Source: a virus
Strand: one strand, 5' to 3'
DNA: 64,000 nucleotides
Virus record (IMG/VR): IMGVR_UViG_3300033153_008530
Location: 23,012 to 87,011 of that record
Shown here: positions 9,247-19,700 of the stretch, in pieces
Numbering within the stretch: position 1 is the stretch's first letter
Layout of the letters: each line of letters opens with the position of its first letter
The notes under the pieces: generated by a model
What the model was told of the DNA's origin: nothing
Seen by the model: the letters and a program-made list of their open reading frames with translations, nothing else
Databases searched by the model: none
Translations under genes and position numbers: made by a program

Positions 9247-9837
9247 ATGAAGCCATATAAAATAAAAAATGTATATGAAAAATATTTTCAAAAATCCAGG
9301 GTGTTTTTATATCCTGCGTTGTCAATAAAAAGAGGAACAAGTGTTACTCCAATTGAGACATATGTATCATGGAAAAAAGTAATGGATAGACATGTTGGTA
9401 GAACAGAGATGAAACTAATATGTCTATACCATTTAAGAGATGATGATGAATTTTTAAGATTTGAAGAGCAAAAACTACTTAGTAACCCTTTATTCTGTGA
9501 TTATTTTGAAACAGATAAAAAAGATCAAGCAGTTTATACTTTTAATTTTGAAGATTATGAAAGAGACTGGTTTTACTTTCTGCATGGGAGATATTCAAAA
9601 TTGTCAAATAGTCTTAAAAAATCTATAATGAATTTTTATGGAGAAAATAAGGCAAATTATAAGTTAATTGATAGTTATCTTAACCCACATAAATATTATG
9701 ATCAATATAGTAATCTCCTGAATGTTAGTGTAGAAACACTTGAGAAAGTAATTGAATTATGTAATAAGCCAAATTTTGAAAAAGAAGAGTTAGACTTAAA
9801 AATTGAAAAAACAATTTGTAACATTCAAGATTTATAA
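9247..9837 (+). CDS. Hypothetical phage protein
   Basis: 196-aa ORF in operon; no motif recognised. Confidence 0.7.
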   Translation: MKPYKIKNVYEKYFQKSRVFLYPALSIKRGTSVTPIETYVSWKKVMDRHVGRTEMKLICLYHLRDDDEFLRFEEQKLLSNPLFCDYFETDKKDQAVYTFNFEDYERDWFYFLHGRYSKLSNSLKKSIMNFYGENKANYKLIDSYLNPHKYYDQYSNLLNVSVETLEKVIELCNKPNFEKEELDLKIEKTICNIQDL

Positions 9838-9868
9838 CTAATATTGCACAAACCAATAATTATATATC

Positions 9869-10318
9869 ATGCCAGAAAAAAAATCATATGTTGACCCATC
9901 AATGATGCTTGTAACAAGCAATTGGGGACCAAGTAAAACTTTCAAATTAATGCCTATAAATATTAGTTCTCCATTCATTGAAGGAATATTCAATCCAGCT
10001 GCAAAAGTATTAGCAGTCATTGGGAAGGAGAAGAAAAACGTTTTTCATATGGTTGAAAGACTAGATGAAAATGGTGATCACAGAATAAGAAAAGGAAAAC
10101 CAAACAAAGAAGAACCTTATCAAAAACAAAGAGTTGAAATTGAAAGTTATAGTGAATATTATATTACTGAAGAAAAAGAAATTATTGACTTCATTAAAAA
10201 ATTTACTATTAATCACAAAGAATATGATTATAAAGTACATATGGATGCCCCAAATATGGATCCAACTAATGGTATCACACAAATGGTTCCAGAAATTACT
10301 TTAGATACTAAAGTATAA
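9869..10318 (+). CDS. Hypothetical phage protein
   Basis: 149-aa ORF followed by a terminator. Confidence 0.7.
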   Translation: MPEKKSYVDPSMMLVTSNWGPSKTFKLMPINISSPFIEGIFNPAAKVLAVIGKEKKNVFHMVERLDENGDHRIRKGKPNKEEPYQKQRVEIESYSEYYITEEKEIIDFIKKFTINHKEYDYKVHMDAPNMDPTNGITQMVPEITLDTKV

Positions 10319-10339
10319 TTATATACTTTTCAACATATT

Positions 10340-10365
10340 AGCACGGATAGTCCGTGCTTTTTTTT
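10340..10365 (+). terminator. Intrinsic terminator
   Basis: AGCACGGA-tag-TCCGTGCT stem running into a T8 tract. Confidence 0.8.
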
Positions 10366-10383
10366 GCTTAAAATTTAAAATAT

Positions 10384-12294
10384 ATGGATAACCATTGGGT
10401 AATGGATTATGAAACCATGATCAATTGTTTTGTGGGTGTATTTGAGCACTATAAAACAGATGAACAAAAGATTTTTATAATTCATGAATTACAAAATGAT
10501 TTCATTGACTTAGTTAAATTTTTAGAACAAAATAAAGAAAACGGAGAAAAACATATTTCATATAATGGTTTAGCATTTGATGCTCAAATCACTGAATACA
10601 TACTTAAAAATAGCACAAAATGGGCTAAATTAAGTGGAGATGAAGTAGTTACTGAAATATATAAAATGGCACAATATGTTATTGAAAGATCTAATGCCAG
10701 AGAATGGTTAGATTTCTATGAATATAACATGTCAATTCCTCAATTAGATGTTTATAAACTTAATCATTGGGATAATGCCGCTAAAAGATCAAGTCTTAAA
10801 TGGATACAATTTTCAATGGATTGGTATAACTTACAGGATATGCCAATTAAACATGATGAATTTATTCACTCAAGAGAAGATCTTGATATAATAATTAATT
10901 ATTGTATTAATGATGTAAAGTCAACAAAAGAAATTTTATATAAATCAAAAGATCTCATTTCTTTACGTAAAGATCTAACAAATAAATACAAGATAAACCT
11001 ATACAATGCTTCAGAACCTAAAATATCTAAAGAACTATTTCTACACTTTTTAAGTAAAAAGTCAGGAGTTCCTAAAAATGATATTAAATATTCTAGCACA
11101 AATAGAAAAGAAATAATAGTTAAGGATATTTTACTTGATTATATTAGTTTTAATAATCTTGTATTCAAAGAGTTACATGAAAAGTTTAAAGAAAAAGTTA
11201 TATATGCAGATCAAACCAAAGGAGGTTTTAAAACAACTGTAAAGTTCCATGGTGTAAAAACACATTTTGGATTAGGTGGAGTGCATGGCGCTAGACCAAG
11301 TGGGGTATACGAGAACAATGAAGATATGATGATCATGACTTCAGATGTTACAAGCTTCTATCCCAATTTAGCTATTAAGAATAAATGGTCTCCAGCTCAT
11401 TTACCAAAAGAAGACTTTTGTGAGCAATATGAGTGGTTTTTTAATGAAAGGAAATTAATTCCTAAAACAGATATTAGAAACTACACATATAAGATCATAC
11501 TAAATTCTACTTATGGTCTCTCTAATGATAAGTTTAGTTTCCTATATGACCCGCAGTTTACTATGCAGGTTACAATCAATGGTCAATTGTCATTGATGAT
11601 GTTATATGAAATGATCATGGACGGTATTCCTGGTGCTATTCCAATCATGCAAAATACTGATGGTTTAGAAACTATGATACCAAGAACTTATGAAGATAAA
11701 TATCTTGAGATCTCTAAAAAATGGGAAGAGATAACTAAGCTTAATCTAGAGCATGATAAGTATCAAAAGCTAATTCTTGCAGATGTTAATAGTTATATAG
11801 CTGTTAACACATTTAAAGAAGTTACTAAAGATGAATTTAGTGATCTGAAAAAGAATCCACATAATATCATAAAAGAAGAGGATGGTAAATATTATCATGC
11901 AAAAACTAAATGTAAAGGTAGATTTGAATTTCAAGATTTGCCATTACATAAAAATAAGAGTAACTTAATCTTTGACTACTGTATAGGAGTTAAAATCAAA
12001 GGAAACTGGACATTTAAGATGAGATGGATTGATGAAGAATTAAAAGAAGAAGCTCTTCAGAAAACAATTAGATACTATGTGAGTAATCATGGTAGTAAAA
12101 TTTATAAATGTAATAATGCAGATGGACGTGAAATCCAAGCTGAAAGTGGTAAATGGTTACTTAAACTATTTAATGTATATAAAAAGAAAGCCTGGAAAGA
12201 TTATAATGTTAATGAACAATATTATCTGAAATCTATTTATAGAGAAATAGAAAATATAGCAGGTCCAAAACTAAAACAACTAAAATTATTTTAA
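10384..12294 (+). CDS. polB: Family B DNA polymerase with 3'-5' exonuclease
   Basis: ExoI DYET, ExoII YNGLAFD, ExoIII YCINDV; polymerase motifs SDVTSFYPN, KIILNSTYG and NTDG; C-terminal QLKLF. Confidence 0.92.
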   Translation: MDNHWVMDYETMINCFVGVFEHYKTDEQKIFIIHELQNDFIDLVKFLEQNKENGEKHISYNGLAFDAQITEYILKNSTKWAKLSGDEVVTEIYKMAQYVIERSNAREWLDFYEYNMSIPQLDVYKLNHWDNAAKRSSLKWIQFSMDWYNLQDMPIKHDEFIHSREDLDIIINYCINDVKSTKEILYKSKDLISLRKDLTNKYKINLYNASEPKISKELFLHFLSKKSGVPKNDIKYSSTNRKEIIVKDILLDYISFNNLVFKELHEKFKEKVIYADQTKGGFKTTVKFHGVKTHFGLGGVHGARPSGVYENNEDMMIMTSDVTSFYPNLAIKNKWSPAHLPKEDFCEQYEWFFNERKLIPKTDIRNYTYKIILNSTYGLSNDKFSFLYDPQFTMQVTINGQLSLMMLYEMIMDGIPGAIPIMQNTDGLETMIPRTYEDKYLEISKKWEEITKLNLEHDKYQKLILADVNSYIAVNTFKEVTKDEFSDLKKNPHNIIKEEDGKYYHAKTKCKGRFEFQDLPLHKNKSNLIFDYCIGVKIKGNWTFKMRWIDEELKEEALQKTIRYYVSNHGSKIYKCNNADGREIQAESGKWLLKLFNVYKKKAWKDYNVNEQYYLKSIYREIENIAGPKLKQLKLF

Positions 12295-12295
12295 A

Positions 12296-13645
12296 ATGCC
12301 AAAAAGTATAGAAAATATATCAGAAATGGAGCTTAAACAAGTTCCACTTCCAACAAGTCATAGTAAACAATACGCTGTGGTATCTCATGGATACATAATT
12401 GATATTGTTAAACAAGAATTAGAAAATAATAATCTTGAAATAGATGCTGAGTATTATAGATCTACTCACGATGGTCAAGTAGCACAAGGAATATATCATA
12501 TAAAATATGATAATGACCCTGAATTAGGTCTCATGTTTGCATGGTGTAACTCATATAATAAAACTATGAGATTTAAGTGTGCAGTAGGCGCACATGTGTT
12601 TGTATGCGGTAACGGAGTCATGGTTGGTGATATGGGTAATTATACCAAGAAACACTATGGTGACTCAGCTAAAGTAAAAGGTTTAGTTAAAAATCATATA
12701 GAAACACAAATAGCATCTGCAGATAATTTCTATAATATGTTACAAAAGGATAAAGAGGCAATGAAATTAGTTTGCTTATCTGAAGAGGACATAGCAGGGA
12801 TGATGGGATGTGTATTCTTTAAAGATATAATGACTATTAATCAGTTAAGTATTGCTAAGAAGCAATATGAAAAACCGGATTATGATTACAACGCAGAACG
12901 TAACTCTTTATGGTCTGTATATAATCATATTACTTTTGCTCTTAAGACAAGTCATCCCAAGAATTGGATGGATCAACAAGCAGACTTGCACAAGTATGTA
13001 GTTAAAACATATTTACAAAATAGTTTAACTCCTCCTGTTGTCACGGAGCTAGATCCTAACCAAATCAACATTGTTGATCAGATTGATGAAATAGAAAAAG
13101 AAGATTCTAATGATCAATTAATTGATAGGGAGATAACTCCTAGTCCACTTGAATGTTCTAAACCTGAAGGGACAGAGTTTGATACTCCACATGATATCCC
13201 GGAAGACATAATGGAACAGTATGATGATCAAACTAGATTAGAAGAAGGTTTAGATCATAAAGGTGAATTTCCTGAACATGATCCTGTTAGTTTAAGAGTG
13301 AGAGATGATAAAATAGAACAGTTTGATGATGAAACAGGTGAAGTAGTAAAAAATGAAGCTTTAGATAATGCTGCTAATGAAGAAGCTGATATGATTGAAA
13401 AAGAAGAGATCATTGAAGAAAGAGAAGAAGAAGATCTTGAGGAGTCAGACCTTACGTTTGAGGATTATCTAGGTAGCGAAGATGCTGACCTGGATCCACT
13501 TCATGATACTGAAGCTGAACTTAATAAAGAATCAGAAGAAGTAATTGAAGAGGAAGAACCAGACTTAAGTACTGACAGTGATGTTGGATTAGTTGATGAA
13601 GATTCAGATGAAGGTAAATTGGAGTTGCCAGATTTTGAGTTTTAA
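12296..13645 (+). CDS. DUF932-like protein with a long acidic C-terminal extension
   Basis: YAVVSH..NSYNKT..GAHVFVCGNG..SLWSVYNHIT fits DUF932; the last ~200 aa are very D/E-rich and end LPDFEF. Confidence 0.65.
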   Translation: MPKSIENISEMELKQVPLPTSHSKQYAVVSHGYIIDIVKQELENNNLEIDAEYYRSTHDGQVAQGIYHIKYDNDPELGLMFAWCNSYNKTMRFKCAVGAHVFVCGNGVMVGDMGNYTKKHYGDSAKVKGLVKNHIETQIASADNFYNMLQKDKEAMKLVCLSEEDIAGMMGCVFFKDIMTINQLSIAKKQYEKPDYDYNAERNSLWSVYNHITFALKTSHPKNWMDQQADLHKYVVKTYLQNSLTPPVVTELDPNQINIVDQIDEIEKEDSNDQLIDREITPSPLECSKPEGTEFDTPHDIPEDIMEQYDDQTRLEEGLDHKGEFPEHDPVSLRVRDDKIEQFDDETGEVVKNEALDNAANEEADMIEKEEIIEEREEEDLEESDLTFEDYLGSEDADLDPLHDTEAELNKESEEVIEEEEPDLSTDSDVGLVDEDSDEGKLELPDFEF

Positions 13646-13648
13646 TAG

Positions 13649-13680
13649 AAAAAGGGAGGTGAAAACCTCCCTTTTTTTTT
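13649..13680. terminator. Bidirectional intrinsic terminator between the convergent blocks
   Basis: AAAAAGGGAGGT-GAAA-ACCTCCCTTTTTTTTT: GNRA loop, A tract before and T tract after. Confidence 0.9.
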
Positions 13681-13782
13681 ACTAACCTTTAATCTAACTA
13701 TATAGATTGTAATAAACTTGACGATTGTCAAATATAAACAAAAATTATTTATTAAACAATTTTAATTAACCATTATCTGATA

Positions 13783-16700
13783 TTATCTAAAACGTTGTCT
13801 TATTGCATTATGATTTTTAACAGCATTTGCAGGATCAATACTTGAACCTGTTATACCAAATAGTTTAAAGAAGTGATTCCAAGCTTTTGCAGAACCTTGT
13901 TTCTGCCATGAATATGGGCCAACATCTTGTTGATAGAATCTTCTATCATCTCCTGTAAGACTCTGATAAAAGTCAACTACGAGTTTGCCATAACCATCAA
14001 GAGTAGGGCCAAATACCACTGAAGTAACATTCTTTAATTGTAATAAATCTCCAAGACCATACCCTGGTAGTGGAATAAATTGTTCATTCTCTGCACGTAT
14101 ATTCATTAACAACCATAATCCATGATTGGCCATCCAGCCAGTCCATTGAAAGTCTTCATCTTTACCTTGTTTTGTTCTTAACTTCTTATATTTCTCCTCA
14201 TCGTCTGGATCCCATCCATATAGTAATGCCATTAATAATACAAGTGAACTCAACATAGCAACTTCAACTCCTGTTTTCATTAATGCCTGTTTTTCTTCAG
14301 GTGTAGCATACATCATTTCTTTCCCTCCTGACTTAAGTCCTCTTCCTAACCACTTCATTGACCTTACATAATAACCCATTGATGATTCTCCAAGGCCAAT
14401 ATTATATCTTTCCTGTGGATCCTTCCAACTTCCTTTATATGACCATCTATTTACCATCATTGGTACAAAATATCTTCTTAAGAAACTTACCATTCTAAAA
14501 GCTAAGTATCTCTGAGCTTCAGGTTGATCAAATTTTGAGTATGCTCCTTGTAGATTATTGTTCACCATATGAATTCTATTTTTCATTTGATGAAATTTAG
14601 TACCACCTAGATCCCATGACTTATCTTCTACGTCATCTCTTAATTTAATTTGTTGATCAACTGTCTCATACGCATGTAATAATGATATTTCAGTACCATC
14701 TTTAAGTTTTACTTTCTGATGTTCCATCATCCCTGCAAATGTTTGGAGTGTTGCTTCAATCTCCATCCACTTTCTTGGTGAGTACATCCATGATGTTCCA
14801 ATGGCATCCATTAAAAACCCTCTAGAAGATGAATCTCCTAGTTTAGACTCAGTTCTTCCTTGGACAGCATCATACTCATCCATTAACTGTAATTTATGTG
14901 TTTTTGGACCACGTTTATAAATTTGTGCACTCATTTCTATTGCTGTTGCAGCTGACCATACTCTCCCTTTTGCATATGAGATTGGTGTCATGTATCTGCC
15001 TGCTGTTGTTTCAATAGTTGCTTGAAACATGGCCCCATATCTGTTCTTTAATGCTGACGGTATGTTTAATGCAAAGAAAGCAAACGAGGCACGTCCCATA
15101 ATTGCATTTACTGTCTTATGTAATGTATTATTATCTTTTCCCAATCCTGTCAATGTCTGACCTTCAAATTCCCTTTCATAGAAACCATTCACCATCATTG
15201 CTCTAACATTCTTATCCTTCTTATTACGATATGTAAACATACCTTTATTGAGAAAGTTTTGTTTCTGAATCTCTTTTATCTGATTTGCAGGATCATGTAG
15301 GGTATCTCTTAATGCTGCTGCAACTGGGTTGATCTCAGTTTTCTTAGATTGCTCATTTAAACTCTGATTATATATTATAAGTGCTTTTACTACATCTAAT
15401 GAAACCTGATCTAAAGGTATATCATATATACCTTTTACAGGTATATTTACAGTCTTATCAAATAAACCAGCATTTGTTAAATTATCTGTCTCATCATAGT
15501 TTAAATCATTATAATGATCATATTCTGTCTCAACGAAAAAATCCTTTATTCCCTGCCATATGGTTTTAACTTTACTATATGCTTTTTTACCAGTTCCTTT
15601 GGCTTTTAAATATTCAAAGTTTGACATTGGGAGACGTGGTACATCCAAATATAATCTACTTTCTTCTTCTGAATCACTTTGAAAGTCTAATGAGGCTTTT
15701 ACTAACTTTTCAATTAATTTAAAACGCTCTGGATCTTCACGTTTAATTCTAAAATAATCTTCATTTCTAAAGATATCAGGTACACCTGGGGCTAGATCTT
15801 TCCCTTCTTTTGGTAACCATCTTCCCCTATTGTCAACGGTCTCTCCAACTATTTTTGGAGTTTTTAATTGAATAGTTTCTCCTGTTTCCTCATCCACATA
15901 TGAATCCTTTACTTTTCTATCAAAATACTCAAAGGTTGGGACACCTACAATTGGATCTCCTATTTGCTTACCTTCTTTATCTCTTATTATTGTTGTTTCA
16001 TAATACTCTTCATCATTTGGTCTTACAACTGTCCATGCATAAACAATGTCATATCTTTTAACATGAGATTCACTAGCTTTATCATAAACCTTTTTATCAA
16101 TATGATTCTTATCAAACCAGTCTTTAAATTTATCATCTTGAGATAGCATTTTAAGAACTAAACTTCTATTATTTAAAAATGCAGCAACGTTTGCTTTGGT
16201 TACTTCATTTGTTTTGAGTTTTAGGATCATATCTGTTGTATCAACCTTACTTAAGTAGTTATTTATTATATCTAAATAATATTCAGTTGGCTCTTTATGT
16301 TGAAGTTCATTTAATTCACCAAACAAAGAGAATAACTCAGATCTTTCAAATTTATTGAGACCAATTTTTACTTTCTCACCTGTTATAGGATCTATAGACA
16401 TTCCCTCATCCATAATTTTTCTAAGAACAGACCATCTATCTATTTCAGATTGAGTAGGTTGTATATCATTTTTGAGTTTATATTGTATTTCGTCAAACTC
16501 TTCTTTTTCCTGTAGTGTTAATCCGCTATATCCGGCAACTCTTTCTTTTGCCTCAATTAATTCTTCTTGTAATGCTTTAATATGTGCTATGAGTTTATCA
16601 GCCATATCTGTTCCTTCAGGTTGACCATCAACATCTTTATATGGCCCAATTGAGTCAAAGATTTGAGTATATATATCTGAAAGGTCAAGTTTTTCCTGAG

Positions 16701-19700
16701 TTTCTTCTGGAAGTTTTGATATAAGCTCACTTAATCTTGCACTTATGTCAGCTCTTGTATCATAAAATTCTTTTTTAACCTGGACTCTTGTATTGTTAGT
16801 TACCCACTCTTCTAATTTAACTTTAATCTCATCTTCATTAAGACCAAATCCCTCTAACTCTGTTCTATAATCCTCATACTTTCTTTGCCATAGGTTTGGT
16901 GACTCAGTGTATTCAAAGAACTTACGTGAATCTTCATTATATTGTTTTAATATCATAGCAACATCAAGATCATTATGCGCATCCTTTGCTCCTGCAATCT
17001 TTCTATTACCGTTTAAGTCTGTTAATGATGATAATTGTCTAAGTTGTCTTAAAAGAGCTTTTTTATCATCTAAATTCTCTATTTTTTGTGTTTCATTGCC
17101 TGCTATTCTATCTAGATTTGACAATGCTTCTAATATCTGTTGTCTTCCCGTCCACGCCTTTTGACCAGCAGGTGTATCAAATACTTGCTGTCTATCATAG
17201 TATACTTGGGTAAAAGGTCTCCAATAATAATCTCTTAAAAATTTTCTAAATTTGTTTGATGCATCAATAATACCTGTTTTATTTCCAGTTTCAACAGCAT
17301 CATTTTTTGCTTGTTGAATTGCATTAAGATGTTCCTGATATGCTTTCCTATTTCCAATAAAAGGATTTAAGAATGTATAAATCTCTCTTTCTTCCCATGT
17401 TACTTCACCCTCTTCAGTCTCAACTCTTTTAAGAAGGATGTCTACAAATGTTGTTTTTTCTCCTATTGCTCGTGGATTCATACTTACATTTGCAGCTTTA
17501 ATATCAGCCTCCATTATCTTAAGAAATCCGTTTGTTTCTTTGTTTGTCTTGACAATTATATCAGATATTGCATTTTTTACAAAGACTGCTAATGACGAAA
17601 TAACAGGATCTGCATTATACATAAATCCCTCAAAGAAACTATTTGCCCAATGGGCATCTCCTAATTCTCCTTTAAGAGTCTTGAGCATTTGGGGTTTTGT
17701 CAAGTTTAACTTATCAAAATCTGCTTTTAATTTTTTTAAGTATTTATCTCTTGCTTTTCCTTCTGGTCTTACTTCCTCAGCATGTTTTTTTAATTCTTCA
17801 TAACGTATTTTAATATTTTCTAACATTGGTTCAAGCTGCTCCATTAAAGCATCTTGTAAACCATATAGATATATACCCTTTATTGTTTCCTGAGCATGGG
17901 TGATTTCTGTTCTTATATCTTTTATGATATCAAAAAATGGTGAACGTCTATTTATAGACTTACCTTCTTTATTTAATTGTTCTATTATAGATGTAAGATC
18001 CTTATCAAATTGATCCCAGTACTTAATTATCTCCTTATAATAAAAGGCTTTCTGTAAGTTATCTTTGTTATTTGGATCTCGTGATATCTCATCAAGATGA
18101 TCATTTATCTTTACTAACATATCTCTAGTCTGAAGCATGTTGGTTACTAGACTTTCTTGATGTTGTCTCACATAATCAACGTCCTCACTTAATTTCATCA
18201 TCTCTTTCTCTAGATTCTCTGCAGATAGGTTTTCCATTGTTTGATAGTTACGTAAACTCTTTTGTATCCCAGATAAATAACCACGCCCTTCTTCTGTAGC
18301 AAGTATTTCTTTCATGGCCTCATAATTCTTATTATTAAGAACTTCTTTTATCTGTCTACTAACTGTATCATAATATGCATTTGTTATCTGTAACAAATCT
18401 GAATTTTTTAAATTAGCAAGACTATCAGAAAATTTGTTTAAGTTACTTGCATATGCTGCAACATCTTTATCTGTGATTATCTCAGTGTCAATCTGAAACT
18501 GCTCACTAACTAACATATCTGCAAGTTCACTAAGAGTTGTATTTTCAGATAGATTTTCAATTTTTACTTTTCCAAACACTTTTCTTAAAAGTTGTTTTAA
18601 AGCAAATACTATCTTATTAATTACTTTTTGAAATGCTGATGGGGCTTTTAAGTCTTCTGTATTAACTTTACTCTTCTCCGCAAGGGCCCTAACTATGGCT
18701 TCTTCTTTGAAATATTTGTAAGTTTCATCATATTCTTCCTTTAGATTCTCAATTATCTCTTTTCCTTCCTTTGTTTTTACTAGATCCTCATAGATCTTGT
18801 TAAACAATCTGGGATTCTGAGCCCCAATTGAGCGCACCAATGGATGAGCAAACTCATGTAATACATCTTGTAATGATGCATTATCTCCTACTAAGAACAC
18901 TTTACCATCAAAGAAGAATGCATTCTGGCCCTCATATGGATATATTGTATTTTTTAAAAGGTCAACAGCCTGTTCAGATGTAATAACATTAAAAGGAATG
19001 CCTAGATTAATAGAAAGATGATTGGCAAGCTTGTAAAGGATCTCTTTAGCTTTGAGTTTCTTTTGTGATTCAACATCCATTTCTATTGGTGCTACTTCAG
19101 GATCCTTTTCTTCTAATATAGCTTCTACAACAGTTTCTTCAGTAGTAGATTCCTCTAATCCATACATTAATGGATTTTTATAATTATAATTTGATAAATC
19201 AACTAAATAACCACCTGCATCATTTTTAATTCCAGATATTTTGTGTACATATTTTAACTTAATACCAGGCATTGATGAAAGTGTGTTATAGAGAGCACCA
19301 GTAGTTAAAGGTTGATTGTTTGTTTCAGCAAAAAGAGCCTTTACATATTTCACCATCTTACTATTGTCCTTGTATTTATAAATATTTAAAGCCTTTTTTA
19401 TATCTTCAATTGTTCTTGGAAAATTTATTTCCATCATATCAAAAGTAACGGGATCTTCATCATATAATTTATCAAAAATCTGTCTTATAATATTATCTAC
19501 TTTTTCTTGTTTAACTTGATTATATTTTTTAGTATAGTCTTTTTTACTTATTTTTTCACCATTTTCTCTATATACTGGTTGTTTTCCGTCTTCTAAAAAT
19601 GCAGTATATTTTTCAGCTCCAAATTCAAAACTCTCAAAAGCTACAAATTGTGCTACTTCTTCTGGACCTGCATATATTAAAGCTGTTTGTTTACTTGATT

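Noticed and set aside
1296-10345. TAnnTT(A/G)GCA-like words at 1300, 9839 and 10335 as Bacteroidota -7 promoter elements
   Set aside because: Imperfect matches to TAnnTTTG in very AT-rich DNA with no clear -33 element; not supportable without transcript data.
1018-11099. Short - strand ORFs within the replication block
   Set aside because: Antisense to well-supported genes; no motifs or plausible leaders.
13718-13731. Short inverted repeat TTGAC-gatt-GTCAA between the convergent blocks
   Set aside because: Only 5-bp arms, single copy, and no gene start downstream on either strand.
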